Positions 31,801 through 33,365 of a stretch of 33,365 nt of DNA are shown here, piece by piece. Positions within the stretch are counted from its first letter, which is position 1. Every line of letters starts with the position of its first letter. A program made the position numbers and the translations under genes. The notes under the pieces are model-generated. The model saw only the letters and a program-made list of their open reading frames with translations, was not told the DNA's origin and did not search any database. The stretch spans positions 1 through 33,365 of the forward strand of contig NW_005434484.1 in NCBI RefSeq assembly GCF_000315625.1. The letters are read 5' to 3'. The DNA comes from Guillardia theta CCMP2712 (taxonomy: Eukaryota; Protista; Cryptophyta).

Positions 31801-33365
31801 AGAGGCTGGAGAAGATCATGGACTCGTTGTTGGTCAACATCCTCATCATATGCCTGGTCTGCGTTGACATCTGCAACATCATCGTCTACACCTTTGTAAT
31901 CATCCCTCCCCCCGGCTCCCCCGAGCCAGTCACCCAGGTGATCCTATCGAGCGTCGTCGTCTTCAGCCTCCTCATTGAGCTCACGCTGCGGCAAATCGCC
32001 ATGGGGGTGAGGTTTTGGAAGGTCAAGATCAACATCTTTGACTTCAGTGTCGTCTGGCTGTCCGCCATCGTCATCATTATGCGCAAGGTGGCGGATGTGG
32101 TGGACGGGAATCACTTCCAGGGGGTCCAGGCAGTTGTCTTCCTCCGCATCTTCTCCAGAATCGCCGTGATCCTCCGAGTCGCGCGCGTGCTGATCAACCT
32201 GCGACGGGCAAGGCAGCTGAGCGGGCACGTGGCGAAGAAGCTGAGAAGCACGGTATCGCAGAACAAGAGGAGGTACAAGAAGCACGGGTTCGACCTGGAC
32301 CTCACCTACATTACCTCCCGCGTCATCGCCATGGGAACCCCCGCGTTCGGCAAGCACAGCTCCTACCGCAACGACATCCACGTTGTCTCCCGCTTCATGT
32401 CCCTGCGGCACTACGGCTGCTTCTTCATCTTCAACCTCTGCGACACCTTCGTGTCCTCGGACGGGGTGACGGGCAACTACAACCCCAACATGCTCTTCAA
32501 CCAGGTCCAGCGAATCCCGTTCGAGGACCACGGGCCCCCGCTCATGTCGGAGATGCTCCAGTTCTGCGAGGAGGCTCAGGTGTGGCTGCAGAAGGACCCG
32601 AGGAACGTGATCGCAATCCACTGTAAGGGAGGGAAGGGCCGCTCGGGCGTCATGTCTTCCGCCATCATCCTATGGAGCGGTCACAGGAAGTGCGCCGTCG
32701 ATGCGCTGGAGCTGTTCACCTTCAGGCGAACTGAAAATTACAACCCTGAGGTATCCAAACCCTTGACCTCCACCTCCCCATCGCTTCCTCCACCTCCACC
32801 TTACATCCCAGTGGGCCCCCCCCCCCACTCCCTCCCAAAACCCTATACCTCCACTCCTCCCACCTCAATTCCCGTCTCCATCTCGATTTCCCTTCCTCTA
32901 CCGCAATCCCTCCCTTCCTCTACCTTCATCTCCATCTCTCCTCCTAGCCTCAACTCCCGTACTCCCCTCCCCTCCATCTCCTCCCCCTTTCTACCTTCAC
33001 CTCCCCTTCTGCTCCCTTACTTCACAGAAAATGCCTCCTGTCCCTCCTGCTCTCCTTCTCCTGCTTCCCATTGCTCCCACCTGCTGACCCTCACCGGCAG
33101 CTCGGCTTGGACGGCACGTACAACAACTTCTACACTCGACGTCCGTGCAATCAGACGGTTGAGGGGCCCAGTCAGATCCGCTACGTCCACTACCTCGAAG
33201 CCGTGCTGTACAGCGGCATCGACCCCCTCGAGTACTACAAGATGCTCCTGATGGATCTTGAGATCTCTGTCTCCATGCACCAGCAGAAAACGCTGTACGC
33301 TCCTCCAAAATCTTTTGCTTATTGCTCTCCTCGCCGTTCTCCCTCGCTCCCTCCCTCTCCCCTCC
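28856..33365 (+). CDS. Voltage-sensing phosphatase (VSP/TPTE-like) with extra N-terminal globin-like, EVH1/PH-like and C2 domains; 3'-partial and may start further upstream
   Basis: S1-S4 helices, linker TVSQNKRRYKKHGFDLDLTYIT, PFEDH, catalytic HCKGGKGRSG and VEGPSQIRYV. Upstream exons join in frame via GT-AG introns 28904-28950, 29063-29111, 29191-29238, 29321-29416, 29598-29695, 30030-30075, 30137-30186, 30370-30458, 31120-31172 and 31247-31496. Confidence 0.85.

Overview
Eukaryotic, intron-rich DNA with many ~45-50 nt introns and (CCCTAAA)n telomeric tracts. This style suggests a cryptophyte-like alga (inference), and the window most likely covers the left end of a chromosome. Bases 1-6430 are a head-to-tail array of three non-LTR retroelement units inserted into short telomeric tracts, all on the minus (G-rich) strand. 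Unit A is cut off by the window edge and encodes a diverged ORF1-like protein. Unit B is complete, carries only ORF1 and ends in a (TAA)n tail. Unit C is a chimera of a decayed reverse-transcriptase fragment fused to a near-identical copy of unit B's 3' end. Degenerate telomeric repeats close the array, and host genes begin about 400 bp later: a PDZ/coiled-coil protein, COQ3, a probably plastid-targeted EttA-type ABC-F, an RCC1-repeat protein, a TPR + two-PH protein, a PP2C and a hypothetical gene. The last gene is a large fusion that I can splice in frame by hand: His-less globin, EVH1/PH-like domain, C2, voltage-sensor domain and PTEN phosphatase, i.e. an elaborated voltage-sensing phosphatase. 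The two best candidates for something undescribed are the telomere-targeted ORF1-only/RT retroelement system and the globin-containing voltage-sensing phosphatase. All gene models are manual, and several start positions are approximate.
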